From Nitrospirota bacterium (GTDB lineage Bacteria > Nitrospirota > Nitrospiria > Nitrospirales > Nitrospiraceae): DNA of 64,000 nt. A program made the translations under genes and the position numbers. Under the pieces are notes generated by a model. That model did not search any database and was not told the origin of the DNA. It saw nothing but the letters and a program-made list of their open reading frames with translations. Position 1 is the first letter of the stretch, and each line of letters starts with the position of its first letter. The stretch lies in NCBI GenBank assembly GCA_963701855.1, contig CAVPBK010000006.1, forward strand, positions 1,536,001 through 1,600,000, in the 5' to 3' direction. This document shows positions 11,119-21,478 of the stretch, in pieces.

Positions 11119-12378
11119 GTGACATCACAGACCAACAACAAGCGGTTCATCCCCTTCTCGCTCGACGCGATCAACTTCCTGCTCGCCGACGTACGCGGCG
11201 CACTGGGGCCGTTTCTCAATGTCTTCCTGGTGACCCAGCAGCACTGGAGTCAGACCCAAGTCGGTCTGGTCACGACGCTGGGCGGCCTGCTGGGGCTGGT
11301 CGCGCAGACGCCGATCGGTGCCGCGATCGACGAGACCCGCGCGAAGAGGGGCGTGATTGTGCTGGCGCTGGCCGTACTGGCCGTGGGGGCGACCACGATC
11401 TTCGTCATGCCGACCTTCTGGCCGGTGACGATCGCCACCAGCCTCATGGCCGTGGTCGGGGACGTCTTCGGTCCTGCAGTTGCCGCTCTGACCTTGGGCC
11501 TGTATACACGGAAACAATTGGCCCGCCGCTTGGGTCGGAATGCCGCCTTCGACCATGCGGGCAATGTCGCGATCGCCGTGATAGCGGGTGCCGTGGGCTA
11601 TGCGTTCTCGCAGCGTGCCGTCTTTCTTCTTGTGCCGGTGTTCGCCGTGCTTGCGGGCATTGCAGTGCTGTCCATTCCATACCAGGCCATCAATTTAGAC
11701 CGGGCGAGAGACTTGGAGCACGAGCCCGACGCGGCTGAGCGCCCGGCCGTTGCCGCCGGCTACAGCATTTTGTTCGCATCCCGACCGTTGGTGATCTTTG
11801 GCCTGTGCGTCATGCTGTTCCATCTGGCTAATGCGGCGCTGTTGCCACTGGTGGGACAAAAGCTGGCTGCCGTATTTCCCGAAGAGGCGACGGCCATGAT
11901 GTCGGCGTGCATCGTTGCCGCACAACTGGTGATGTTGCCGATCTCTCTGCTGGTTGGACGCACGGCCGACAGTTGGGGACGGAAGCCGTTGTTCCTAGTC
12001 GGGTTCGCCATCCTGCCCATTCGGGCGGTGCTCTACACCTTCTCCGATAACAGCGTCTGGTTGATCGGTGTCCAGCTGCTTGATGGCATTGGAGCCGGGA
12101 TCTTCGGCGCCCTCACGCCCCTGGTGATTGCCGATCTCATGCGAGGCACCGGTCGCTATAACCTGGCCTTCGGTGCCATCGCCACGATGCAGGGGATCGG
12201 CGCCTCGCTGAGTGGTCTCGCGGCCGGCGTGATCGTCGATCATTTTGGCTACAGCGCAACCTTTCTCACGTTGGGCGCTGCCGCGGGGGTTGCCCTGATC
12301 GTCTTCGCCCTTGGGATGCCAGAAACTGCCGAACTGGAACAGCCCTCCGTCGGTCAGCGTGATGGCGTATCGCACTGA
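11119..12378 (+). CDS. MFS transporter
   Basis: ~12 hydrophobic segments; GRTADSWGRK motif A in the C-half. Confidence 0.9.
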   Translation: MTSQTNNKRFIPFSLDAINFLLADVRGALGPFLNVFLVTQQHWSQTQVGLVTTLGGLLGLVAQTPIGAAIDETRAKRGVIVLALAVLAVGATTIFVMPTFWPVTIATSLMAVVGDVFGPAVAALTLGLYTRKQLARRLGRNAAFDHAGNVAIAVIAGAVGYAFSQRAVFLLVPVFAVLAGIAVLSIPYQAINLDRARDLEHEPDAAERPAVAAGYSILFASRPLVIFGLCVMLFHLANAALLPLVGQKLAAVFPEEATAMMSACIVAAQLVMLPISLLVGRTADSWGRKPLFLVGFAILPIRAVLYTFSDNSVWLIGVQLLDGIGAGIFGALTPLVIADLMRGTGRYNLAFGAIATMQGIGASLSGLAAGVIVDHFGYSATFLTLGAAAGVALIVFALGMPETAELEQPSVGQRDGVSH

Positions 12379-12404
12379 ACGCATGGGGGCGATATGCGTG
12401 AGCG

Positions 12405-12602
12405 GTGATGACGATGGCGCAACGTATCGAGGCAGCTCTTCACAATGTCGCGCAGGATATCTGGGAAGACCGTGGGGGATATAACGCAGTCTTTCTTTCG
12501 TTCGCCGGCGTGGCCATCATCGCCGTCACTGTGGTGTACTCGAAGATGCCGGAGGCGAAGGACATCCAGACAATTAGGACCGTCGTCGAAGGCAGCCGAT
12601 AG
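12405..12602 (+). pseudogene. C-terminal MFS fragment
   Basis: GYNAVFLSFAGVA...MPEAK resembles the C-terminus of the preceding MFS (GYSATFLTLGAAA...MPETA). Confidence 0.45.
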
Positions 12603-12673
12603 GCATCCATGTATTAGAAAACAGCCGGGCCTTCCTCCTTCACTCACTGAGAAACAACAAGGAGACAACTGCG

Positions 12674-13027
12674 ATGATGTATGTCTACACCGTCATGCTT
12701 CTGGTGGGTTCGAACGTCTTTATGACCCTGGCATGGTACGGCCATCTTCGGTTTATGAACACCTCGATCTGGCTGGTCGTGTTGGCGAGTTGGGGCGTGG
12801 CGTTCTTTGAATACTGTCTTCAGGTGCCGGCGAATCGAATGGGGTATCACGTGCTGTCCGCCTATCAGCTCAAGATGCTCCAAGAGGTCATTACCTTAAT
12901 CGTCTTCATTGTGTTTGCCGAACTGTATCTCGGCGAAGGGCTCAAGCCCAAGCACCTTGCGGGGTTTTTGCTCTTGGGCGCGGCGGCCTGGATCGTGTTT
13001 CAAGAGCAGTTTGGGCTTACATGGTAA
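12674..13027 (+). CDS. Small DMT-family membrane protein (DMT_6-like)
   Basis: SNVFMTLAWYGHL, SWGVAFFEYCLQVPANR, QLKMLQEVITL motifs; AAGGAG RBS. Confidence 0.9.
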   Translation: MMYVYTVMLLVGSNVFMTLAWYGHLRFMNTSIWLVVLASWGVAFFEYCLQVPANRMGYHVLSAYQLKMLQEVITLIVFIVFAELYLGEGLKPKHLAGFLLLGAAAWIVFQEQFGLTW

Positions 13028-13269
13028 GCGCGACAGCAACGACATCCTATTCGTCCACTTGTGTGCCCTATGTAAATTCCGGACAGGCAGTTTTCAACAA
13101 ACTGTCCAGGAATTAAGTGAGGCAGTATAGTCAATACTCGGCTCCGGTTTGACAGCGAAACATGATGTGCTTGGTTGCCAGGAGATCATTATCAGGGATC
13201 AGAGTTGTGGAGGGTGGTGGCAGCAAGCGTTAGTGGTCAGTTTAAACTCTACCCAAGAGTTGGCGGTCC

Positions 13270-13490
13270 TGTGTTCCTCACGCGCTGCGTTCCAGACTTC
13301 CCATGCGGCATCGGCATTCATCGTCGCGATGCCAAGCCCAACGATCAGATCGGGCCATCCAGAAAGCGTATAGGCCGTCACGAACCCCGCCGCGATGATT
13401 GCGATGTTTGCCAGGGCATCATTTCGAGCTGACAGGAACGCTGCCCGTGTCAGACTGCCACTATGCGCTCGAAATTTGACCAGCGAAATA
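13270..13490 (-). pseudogene. C-terminal fragment of a cation efflux (CDF) membrane protein
   Basis: GSLTRAAFLSARNDALANIAII...WPDLIVGLGIATMNADAAWEV. Confidence 0.7.
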
Positions 13491-13597
13491 AACGGGGACA
13501 TTCTGCCTTTTTTAGCAGCGGTGGCCCCGCTTGCGCTCATCTCCAGGCTGGGCGCGAGACTAAACTCGCTGGCTACGTGCTCGATACGAGGATCGCC

Positions 13598-14045
13598 ATG
13601 TGGGTTGTCTTCCTCCTTTTTTTCCGGCTGCTCCCGCTGCTGCTCTCCGTCCACGCGGAAGACCTCGGCGAACTGAGTGCCAATCCGTACAATCCTGATT
13701 CCACGTCCAATCCATTCGGGGCCGGAAGCCCCTTCAAACCGGATGGCTTGAACAATCCCTTCAGCCCTTACGGCAGTCCATTCAGCAATCAATCGGCGAC
13801 GAATCCCTTCGCAACGGACGCACCGCGGCTCCTTGCTCGTCTCTCTGGTCTCTTTGGTTTCTCTGGTTATTTTCCGGTCCGGTCAACAAGACAGACCAAA
13901 TAGACCAGATAAACGAGATAGACCAGTTTCGTTTCTCCGTTCTCGCAGGACTCAATCAACAATCCCTACGGGCGCCGGGAGTCCCTACAGCCCCAACAGT
14001 CCCACGAATCTCTACGGTCGCGGCCTTCGGATTGAAGGACGCTGA
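13598..14045 (+). pseudogene. Secreted NPY/NPF-repeat protein interrupted by a palindromic element
   Basis: Signal + LSANPYNPDSTSNPFGAGSP...; coding resumes at ~13933 (SPFSQDSINNPYG...GLRIEGR*) after a 9-nt periodic insert. Confidence 0.7.
13836..13926. repeat. 9-nt periodic palindromic element, copy 1
   Basis: (C/T)TGGT(C/T)TCT units followed by AGACCAGAT units. Confidence 0.75.
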
Positions 14046-14153
14046 ATCTATTCGCTGAATCGCTCCATGGTGATCTCATGACTGCTTGACACCTCAGTCC
14101 TATACCGCGGTTCACGGGTTTATTGCCGTAGCCTTCGGTTGACGATTCTTCGA

Positions 14154-14840
14154 TCATGTCGACACCCGATCAATAACAAGTAGCGCCTCGTATTCACTAG
14201 GCAAGTTCTGAAGTGAGGCCCACCATGGCGGCGGTTCGCTTGGATGCGGTGGGCTCCACTCTCTCGTCTCCTCGCTCGAAACAGGGGTGAAATGCGTTTT
14301 CACTCGCAGACTTCTGGCGTTGAAATCTGCTCCTCTTAGGTCAGGGCATTGGGGCCGTATTTCGTTGATCATGTCTATGAATTCCTGAGAAGGAGTACAC
14401 TCGCCAATATAGACTTTCCCATGGACTACGTTCGTAATGACAAGGGCAGCGATGGGATTTGGAGTAGCGCAGCCCACCCATCGACAGGTGGATAATGCAT
14501 CAATTAATGTATCTACGAGTCGTGTCGCCACTTTCTTTCGTCTGTGGTGAGGAAGAACTGCCAGCGAGTCGATCCACCCAACAATCCCACAAGTGTAGCG
14601 AAGAATTCTGGCATAGAGGTAGCCAATAACTCCTTCGGTTTGATGTTGAGCTAGAAACAGAAGATCCGTACTTTCTAGCCTCTCCTTTGTTTTCTTTGGT
14701 CCCAATCGGTACGGTTTCCCCTGGGGGGTTGTACCAAAGCTGTTACAAAAAACGTGTGAAACGGCGTCCACCAAACTCAAGATGGCGGCAGCATCTCTTC
14801 CCTTATAAGACAGAAATTCATATGCATCGCGCTCGTTCAT
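14154..14840 (-). CDS. GNAT-family N-acyltransferase, paralog B
   Basis: WIDSLAVLPHHRRKKVAT motif A region; ATPNPIAA. Confidence 0.8.
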   Translation of the reverse strand: MNERDAYEFLSYKGRDAAAILSLVDAVSHVFCNSFGTTPQGKPYRLGPKKTKERLESTDLLFLAQHQTEGVIGYLYARILRYTCGIVGWIDSLAVLPHHRRKKVATRLVDTLIDALSTCRWVGCATPNPIAALVITNVVHGKVYIGECTPSQEFIDMINEIRPQCPDLRGADFNARSLRVKTHFTPVSSEETREWSPPHPSEPPPWWASLQNLPSEYEALLVIDRVST

Positions 14841-14907
14841 TACGAGTCAAATCTCCAGCTTAATCGTAACGATAGTTCGAGCGGGGAGGCGTGAGGGAGA
14901 GGAAACG

Positions 14908-15684
14908 TTAACGCTTGATAACAACCAGTGCTTCAAACGCGTTTGGCAAGTGCTCTATGAAATCCCACCACTTCGGAGATACCATTGCCCGTTGCGGTTC
15001 CCACTTTCTCTGATCAGAACGGGACAAAGGACTGAATCCCGTCTTGATCAGTAAATTCTCCTTATCAAGGGCACAACCCCGCAAGTCGAAGCAGTTCTCC
15101 TGTATTTCTTTTAACAACTGAAATATGGGGAAAGGCGGGAAACAACGGCCAACGTAGTGAATTCCAGGGACGCATCGAGTGATCACGTAGGCTGCTATTG
15201 GATTCGGTGTTGCAAATCCCACTAGTGGAGCCGCCTTTGTAGCCGCGACAAAGTTCTTTACCAGGGCGGTGGCGATTCCCTGCCGACGGTATATTGGGAG
15301 TACAGCCATTGATTCAATCCAGGCAACTCTGCCTGCAGATGAAGGTATTTCCTTCCCAAAGAGGTATCCCACTCCGGAATGTGTATCCCCTGCGATGAAT
15401 AGATAATCCGTACTCATCAGTCGCTCGCTCACGGACTTCGGGCCCATACGATACGGCTTGCCATCGGGTCTGAACCCGAAGCTTTCATTGAAAATGTGTG
15501 AGACCAATCTGACCGCATCAGGGTCGGAAGCTGCGGTGAACCCAGCCGACATCGAGATGCTGGATGGCACCACTGTTAGGCCCAGATCGCAGGTGTTATC
15601 TGAAGTGTGGGTTAGACCGAGATCATACGAATGTGAGGTTCCTTGAACGACTGAATCGCTTTTTGCTGACACCAGTGGAGTCAT
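14908..15684 (-). CDS. GNAT-family N-acyltransferase, paralog A (start may be 15552)
   Basis: WIESMAVLPIYRRQGIAT acetyl-CoA motif; ATPNPIAA. Confidence 0.8.
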   Translation of the reverse strand: MTPLVSAKSDSVVQGTSHSYDLGLTHTSDNTCDLGLTVVPSSISMSAGFTAASDPDAVRLVSHIFNESFGFRPDGKPYRMGPKSVSERLMSTDYLFIAGDTHSGVGYLFGKEIPSSAGRVAWIESMAVLPIYRRQGIATALVKNFVAATKAAPLVGFATPNPIAAYVITRCVPGIHYVGRCFPPFPIFQLLKEIQENCFDLRGCALDKENLLIKTGFSPLSRSDQRKWEPQRAMVSPKWWDFIEHLPNAFEALVVIKR

Positions 15685-15910
15685 GAGGCAGAAAAAGCGT
15701 GGTCTGACCCGAAGGATTCATTTGGTAACCGCTGAGATGAGCTGTTAACCGGCAGAGATGTATTGTTGTAAGCAAGCTTGATCGCTCTGTCAAGAGTCAA
15801 TCGTTTCGCCTTCCATCAGCCTATCTTGATGAAACCGTTTCACATGCAATGTGCTATACGCTAAAGTTTCCTGGCTTCAAAGTTCTCATACTATAGTGTC
15901 AATGCCAGAG

Positions 15911-16056
15911 TGTCTCACCCGAAGGGGTTCACCTCAACCAGGTGTGCTAATTTTGAGCTTCAATTCTTCACAAACGACCGAATTAGGTAGAAGCAATAGA
16001 ATCAGTAGAATCCCAGCAACTCATGGTTTTCAACGATAAACGGGGAAACCTTCGCT
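15911..16056 (+). repeat. Diverged att-like element end, copy A
   Basis: Aligns with 25933-26078 (TGTCTCA..GAGGGGTTCACC..GTGCTAA..TTCACAA..TAGAATC..AAACGGGGAA.CCTTCGC); lacks the tRNA part. Confidence 0.6.
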
Positions 16057-16142
16057 CCATCGATCGGTTAGTATCATCGGCCTTCTGTCACTCTCCCTCT
16101 TCCCTCTTGAATCCCCCACCGCTCCGTTCCATACTTTCGCCC

Positions 16143-18086
16143 ATGGTCCCCCCTCCCTTTGATCGCTCCCAGCCTCTTCAGGATCTCGAAACCGACGCCG
16201 CCCTACGCGCGATCCTCGAAGGGACCGCAACGGAAACGGGCCAGAAGTTTTTTGCAGCGCTGGTGCAGAACCTTGCCAAGACGCTCGGCACGCACGGCGC
16301 CTGGGTGACGGAATATTTTCCCGAGAAGCGCCGCCTCCACGCGCTCGCCTTCTGGATGGACGGCCAGTGGGTCAAGGACTATGAAGTCGATATCGCTGGG
16401 ACTGCCTGCGAGCGCGTGATCGATACGGCCAAGCTGGTGCATTTTCCAGACAGGATTCTGGAGCTCTATCCTCACTCAGAAGAATTGAAGGCAGCCGGCG
16501 CCGTCAGCTACTTGGGCGTACCCCTCCAGGATACGGACGGCCGCATTCTTGGTCACATGGCGGTGATCGACCGACGGCCGATTCCGGAGGAGCCGCGGGT
16601 CTATGCGATCTTTCAGATCTTCGCCGCGCGGGCCGCGGCGGAACTCCAACGGCTGCGGGCCGAAGCCGAGGTACGCGAGCGGGAAGAAAAAGTCGGGCGG
16701 CTCCTCAGCAGCGCAATGGACGCAATCATCGAGCTGGACGATCGGCTTCGCATCACCCGCGTGAATCCCGCCGCGGAGAAAGTCTTCCGCTGTCGAGCGG
16801 ACAAGATGGCCGGCCAGGATTTCCGGCGATTCGTGAGTCAGAAGGATACAGGCCGGCTCATGACTCTGATCGCCGAGCTGGACGGGCGCCCGGAAGGTCA
16901 GCAGTCGCGCTGGATTCCCGGCGGGCTCACCGCACGCTGTCCCGAGGGCGACTCGTTTCCTGCCGAAGCGACGCTCTCCCGTTTCGAACTGCATCGCCAG
17001 AAGTTCACGACCGTGATCCTCCGTAACGTGCACGATCGGGTGGAAGCGGAGCAGAAGATCCTGTCGCTGACCGCTGAAACAGAATTGTTGCGGGAAGAAC
17101 TCCAGTCCCTGCACCATGACGAGGCCTTGATCGGCGAGAGTCCGGCGCTTCGGCAGGTCCTGCGCGACATCGGCCAAGTTGCGGAGACCGACGCGACGGT
17201 GCTCATCATGGGCGAGACCGGCACCGGTAAGGAACTTGTGGCGCGCGCCATCCATGCGGCCGGCAAACGGCATGAACGGCCGCTGATCACCGTGAATTGC
17301 GCGGCGATTCCCGCGACCCTGATCGAGAGTGAATTATTCGGTCATGAAGCGGGGGCCTTTACCGGGGCGACCAAGAAGCGCGAGGGCCGCTTCGCCCTGG
17401 CGGACAAAGGCACCATCTTTCTCGACGAGATCGGGGAATTGCCGCTCGATCTGCAAGCGAAGCTGCTCCGCGTGTTGCAAGAAGGCGAGTTCGACCCGGT
17501 CGGAAGTGCCTCGACGAAGAAGGTCAACGTGCGCGTGATCGCTGCGACGAATCGCGATCTGGAGAAATCCGTTCGCGAGGGAGGATTCCGCGAGGATCTC
17601 TACTACCGGCTGAACGTGTTTCCGCTCCGCGTGCCACCTCTGCGCGAGCGCGGCGATGATGTGGTGCGTCTGGCCTCTGCCTTCGCTCGCCGGTTTGCCA
17701 CCAAGATGGGCCGCACCATCGCTCCGCTGACCGCCGACTGCACGCGCCGGCTCACGAGCTATAGTTGGCCCGGAAACGTGCGGGAGCTGCGGAACGTGAT
17801 CGAGCGGGCTGTGATCACGGCGACGGATGGACGCTTGAATCTGGATCGGGCCTTGCCGGAGGCGTCACCGGTTCACATGGCGCCTCCCGAAGACACCACC
17901 CCCTCTCCCGGCCAGATCCGGACAGCGAATGAATTCGAGCAACTCGAACGCGCCAATATTCTGTGCGCGCTCGACGCCGCCAAATGGAAAGTATCCGGCG
18001 AGAAGGGCGCGGCAACACTGCTCGGAATGAACGCTTCGACGCTCTCGTCACGCATGAAAGTGTTGAAGATTCAAAAACCCCGCTGA
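16143..18086 (+). CDS. GAF-PAS sigma-54 activator (FhlA-like)
   Basis: [33 protein letters not shown]. Confidence 0.95.
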   Translation: MVPPPFDRSQPLQDLETDAALRAILEGTATETGQKFFAALVQNLAKTLGTHGAWVTEYFPEKRRLHALAFWMDGQWVKDYEVDIAGTACERVIDTAKLVHFPDRILELYPHSEELKAAGAVSYLGVPLQDTDGRILGHMAVIDRRPIPEEPRVYAIFQIFAARAAAELQRLRAEAEVREREEKVGRLLSSAMDAIIELDDRLRITRVNPAAEKVFRCRADKMAGQDFRRFVSQKDTGRLMTLIAELDGRPEGQQSRWIPGGLTARCPEGDSFPAEATLSRFELHRQKFTTVILRNVHDRVEAEQKILSLTAETELLREELQSLHHDEALIGESPALRQVLRDIGQVAETDATVLIMGETGTGKELVARAIHAAGKRHERPLITVNCAAIPATLIESELFGHEAGAFTGATKKREGRFALADKGTIFLDEIGELPLDLQAKLLRVLQEGEFDPVGSASTKKVNVRVIAATNRDLEKSVREGGFREDLYYRLNVFPLRVPPLRERGDDVVRLASAFARRFATKMGRTIAPLTADCTRRLTSYSWPGNVRELRNVIERAVITATDGRLNLDRALPEASPVHMAPPEDTTPSPGQIRTANEFEQLERANILCALDAAKWKVSGEKGAATLLGMNASTLSSRMKVLKIQKPR

Positions 18087-18272
18087 GCAAAGATTTCTCC
18101 CGTCACTCTTTCTTCATCCCTCACTGCTCCAAGTTTTACCCTCATCGATTTACGAGATCTCACAAATCTTCTCGCGAGATTTCGCAAGTCACGAGATATC
18201 GGCGCTTGCCGATTTCCACTCATCTGATTCTAAGTCGCTGAATTTCCATCGTCTCGTTCAATTCTCCCGTGC

Positions 18273-18288
18273 TGGCATCGATGCTGCT
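18273..18288 (+). promoter_or_regulatory. Sigma-54 -24/-12 promoter with upstream CGAGAT repeats (candidate UAS, 18150-18200)
   Basis: TGGCATCGATGCTGCT: GG-N10-GC; three CGAGAT-type repeats ~80-120 bp upstream. Confidence 0.75.
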
Positions 18289-18434
18289 GTAGGGACTTGG
18301 CATAGGGTCATTCCCTCACAACAAGGAGCAGCATGATGACGACGATTTATGATTTGCTTACAGCTCACCTCACCATCACCACCCGACGGTCCAACCAATT
18401 ACATGCTGCGCCCGAGAGAGGAAGGAGGCACGCC

Positions 18435-20081
18435 ATGAAGTCCCCCTACATCATCGGGTTCGCTGCGGCTGCTCTGCTCGCCTGTGCCGCTCCCAGCTCG
18501 GGCACAGAGTCAACGGCGGCGCCCGCTCCGCCGAAGAGCCTTTCTGACACGGTCCCCCTCTATACGAATCTCGGCTCTCACCACAAACGCATCTCCACTC
18601 GAGTTCCGGCCACACAGCAGTATTTCGACCAGGGCCTGCGACTCGTCTACGGATTCAATCACTCAGAAGCGATCCGCTCGTTCACGCGCGCCGCAGAGTT
18701 CGATTCCACCTGCGCTATGTGCTACTGGGGGATCGCACTCGCCTACGGCCCGCACATCAATGCTCCAATGGACTCGGTGAGCGGAGTCGCCGCGTACGCG
18801 GCGGCGCAGAAAGCGCTGGCGCTCAAGTCCCACGCCACGGCGCCTGAGCGCGCGTACATCGAGGCGCTCGCGCAGCGCTACGCGGCGGTCCCGCCGACCG
18901 ATCGTGCCCGTTTGAACACGTTGTACTCGCGCGCGATGGAGCGGGTTGCCCACACCTACGCCAGCGACCTCGACGCCGCGACCCTGTACGCTGAATCGCT
19001 GATGGACCTCCGCCCGTGGAACTACTGGCGACCCGACGGTACGCCCTACCCCGGCACCAATGAAATCGTGCGCCAGCTGGAGAGAGTCATCTCGCGCGTC
19101 CCGAACCATCCCGGCGCGTGCCATTACTACATCCACGCGGTCGAAGCGGTGAACCCGCAGGCCGCGGTGCCGTGCGCCGAGCGGCTCGCTCGGCTTATGC
19201 CGGGCGAAGGGCACATGGTCCACATGCCCGCACATATCTACATCCGCGTCGGACGGTGGAACGACGCCATGCAGGCCAACCAACACGCCATCCACACTGA
19301 CGAGGCGTTCATCGAAGGACAGCATCCGATGGGCGTCTATCCGCTCGCGTACTACCCGCACAACATCCACTTCCTCGCCTTCGCCTCCACGATGGCGGGC
19401 CGCAGTGCGCAGGCGATCGAGGCGTCCAATACACTCACCTCCAAGGTGAACCTCGACGCCGCGCGCCAGGTCGGGTTACTACAAGAAATGCTGCCGTACC
19501 ACGCGCTCACGCTCACGACGTTTGGAAAATGGGACGACGTGCTTGCCGACCCGCTTCCACCGGCGGACATCCGCTTCTCCTACGCCATGGCGTACTATGC
19601 CCGCGGTGTGGCGCACGCCGCCAAGGGACAATGGGCGGAGGCGGAAGCCGCGCTCGACACAGTCACGGCGATCCACACCGCGACGCCCGAAGGTGCCGAT
19701 GGCAAGACGGCGCTCTCGATCGCCGTGCACGCGCTGTCCGGCGAGATCGCCACCCGCCGCGGCGACCTCGACAAGGGCATTAACCACTTCCGGGAGGCGG
19801 CCAAGATCGAGGACACGGGACTCTACTTCGAGCCGCCCAAGTGGTACTACCCCATTCGGCACTCGCTCGGCGCCGGGCTGTTGAAGGCGGGACAACATGC
19901 CGAGGCCGAGGAGGTATATCGCGAGGATCTCCGGCGCTTCCCCGAGAACGGCTGGGCCCTGTTTGGACTCGCGCAGACGTTCCGGGCGCAGGGGAAGAAC
20001 ATCGAAGCGGCCGCAACGGAAGCGCGCTTCCGCCGAGCGTGGGCGAGCACGGACGTAACACTGACGGCATCGAGGTTCTAG
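18435..20081 (+). CDS. Secreted/lipo TPR protein with His-rich motifs
   Basis: GGAGG RBS; LLAC lipobox; YGFNHSEA, HPGACHYYIH, HMVHMPAHIY, YPHNIHF; TPR-like helices. Confidence 0.85.
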   Translation: MKSPYIIGFAAAALLACAAPSSGTESTAAPAPPKSLSDTVPLYTNLGSHHKRISTRVPATQQYFDQGLRLVYGFNHSEAIRSFTRAAEFDSTCAMCYWGIALAYGPHINAPMDSVSGVAAYAAAQKALALKSHATAPERAYIEALAQRYAAVPPTDRARLNTLYSRAMERVAHTYASDLDAATLYAESLMDLRPWNYWRPDGTPYPGTNEIVRQLERVISRVPNHPGACHYYIHAVEAVNPQAAVPCAERLARLMPGEGHMVHMPAHIYIRVGRWNDAMQANQHAIHTDEAFIEGQHPMGVYPLAYYPHNIHFLAFASTMAGRSAQAIEASNTLTSKVNLDAARQVGLLQEMLPYHALTLTTFGKWDDVLADPLPPADIRFSYAMAYYARGVAHAAKGQWAEAEAALDTVTAIHTATPEGADGKTALSIAVHALSGEIATRRGDLDKGINHFREAAKIEDTGLYFEPPKWYYPIRHSLGAGLLKAGQHAEAEEVYREDLRRFPENGWALFGLAQTFRAQGKNIEAAATEARFRRAWASTDVTLTASRF

Positions 20082-20376
20082 CGAATGAGTTACCTTCTGA
20101 CTCATTTACAGGAACTCTACAACCTCGGGTCAGACTCCGGCTCCTCGCGTTGTTAACACAGTCGTGCCTACGTGGCCTGCGCCACGAGCTCAATAGGTAT
20201 AGCGGGCTTCGTGGGGGATCCGCCTCGTGGTTTCGTCAGGATGCCCCACGATTGGACACGTCGATCCTCGAAGTATCAGCGGGCCTTAGTGGAAGAACAC
20301 GCATTCGCGCATGATAAATTAGTCAGAGGAACGGCACGAGAAATCGCTTTAGATGATCTATCACCAGGAGGGGGTC

Positions 20377-20682
20377 ATGTACGATCTTAAGAATCTAAAC
20401 AAGATGAAGGATCTCGAGACTCATGCACCAGAAGCCATGCGCGCGTTTGTAGCTTTCGATAAGGCCGCCTTGGCCGGCGGCGCAATTCCGAGGAAGTATA
20501 AGGAGTTGATGGCACTCGCGGTCGCATTTACGACACAATGCCCGTATTGTATCGAGCTTCACTCAAGCAGGGCGCGAGAGACAGGCGCGTCGGATCCGGA
20601 GATTGCCGAGGCCGTTCTCGTCGCTGCGGCATTACGCGCGGGTGGGGCGATCACCCATGGCACACATGCCATGAAGGGTTGA
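20377..20682 (+). CDS. Carboxymuconolactone decarboxylase/AhpD family protein
   Basis: KELMALAVAFTTQCPYCIELH. Confidence 0.9.
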   Translation: MYDLKNLNKMKDLETHAPEAMRAFVAFDKAALAGGAIPRKYKELMALAVAFTTQCPYCIELHSSRARETGASDPEIAEAVLVAAALRAGGAITHGTHAMKG

Positions 20683-21031
20683 TAAACTTCAGATATGAGA
20701 GCGAGCCGTTTCCTCCGTGAACTGTGCGCTGGCTCTCCTCTACCTGTGCGAGAGCCAACTTCATTTCAACAAGGAGGACACAAGATGGCTACCAACAACA
20801 AACCGCGAATACGCTGCGATGCGGCAACATCAAGGCGACGATCTGACAGAACATCAGCGAGAACGGTCTGTTCTTCTCAACGACTTTCTCTCGCCCATTC
20901 AGGGATCAGTCCGGCGCGTGGCGCAATGGGACCTCGTTTGGCCACAATGCTCTTGAGGCGCTCGTCAGCGTTGCACGTGAAGCCAAGGAGTGGATTGCCG
21001 CTCACGCCTTGAAGGGCTGAGCTGCTTCACT

Positions 21032-21069
21032 GGGAAGCCTCCGACATCCGGGGGCTTCCCTTTTATTTC
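21032..21069 (+). terminator. Intrinsic terminator
   Basis: GGGAAGCCTCCG...CGGGGGCTTCCC followed by TTTTATTT. Confidence 0.75.
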
Positions 21070-21144
21070 GAATGAGTTTCTAGTAGAGAGTGGAGAAGGG
21101 ACACTGTGCGGATTATTCCAAGACTGGAACGGTTTCTTCCCTCA

Positions 21145-21465
21145 TCAAGCCGGTAAGAGCGTTCCCCTGTGTTGCTCAATATGCTTCCTGACCTTACCCG
21201 GTAGAGCTTGCTCGGCAAGGCGCAGCTCATACGTCTTCTGCAGATTCATCCAGAATTCAGCTGTCGTATCAAACAATGTCGCCAGACGTACCGCCGTATC
21301 ACCCGTAATGCCTCGCTGCCTTTTGATAATGGCCGTGATCCGGTTCGCAGGAACTTTGAGGGCCTTGGCGAGCATATTGGCATTGATCGGCGGCTCTGCC
21401 GACTTCATGAACTCCTCAAACAAGATTTCTCCCGGATGAACCGGCCGCATTCCATTCTTGATCAT
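21145..21465 (-). CDS. higA: HigA antitoxin (XRE HTH)
   Basis: RPVHPGEIL...RGITGDTAVRLA..F.TTAEFWMNLQ. Confidence 0.95.
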   Translation of the reverse strand: MIKNGMRPVHPGEILFEEFMKSAEPPINANMLAKALKVPANRITAIIKRQRGITGDTAVRLATLFDTTAEFWMNLQKTYELRLAEQALPGKVRKHIEQHRGTLLPA

Positions 21466-21478
21466 GACAGGTTCTCCT

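Noticed and set aside
13836..13926. CRISPR array
   Set aside because: Degenerate 9-mers without spacers; no cas genes in the window
15560..15684. RiPP precursor (repeated DLGLT) upstream of the GNATs
   Set aside because: In frame with the GNAT, only two short repeats, and no separate ORF or other maturases
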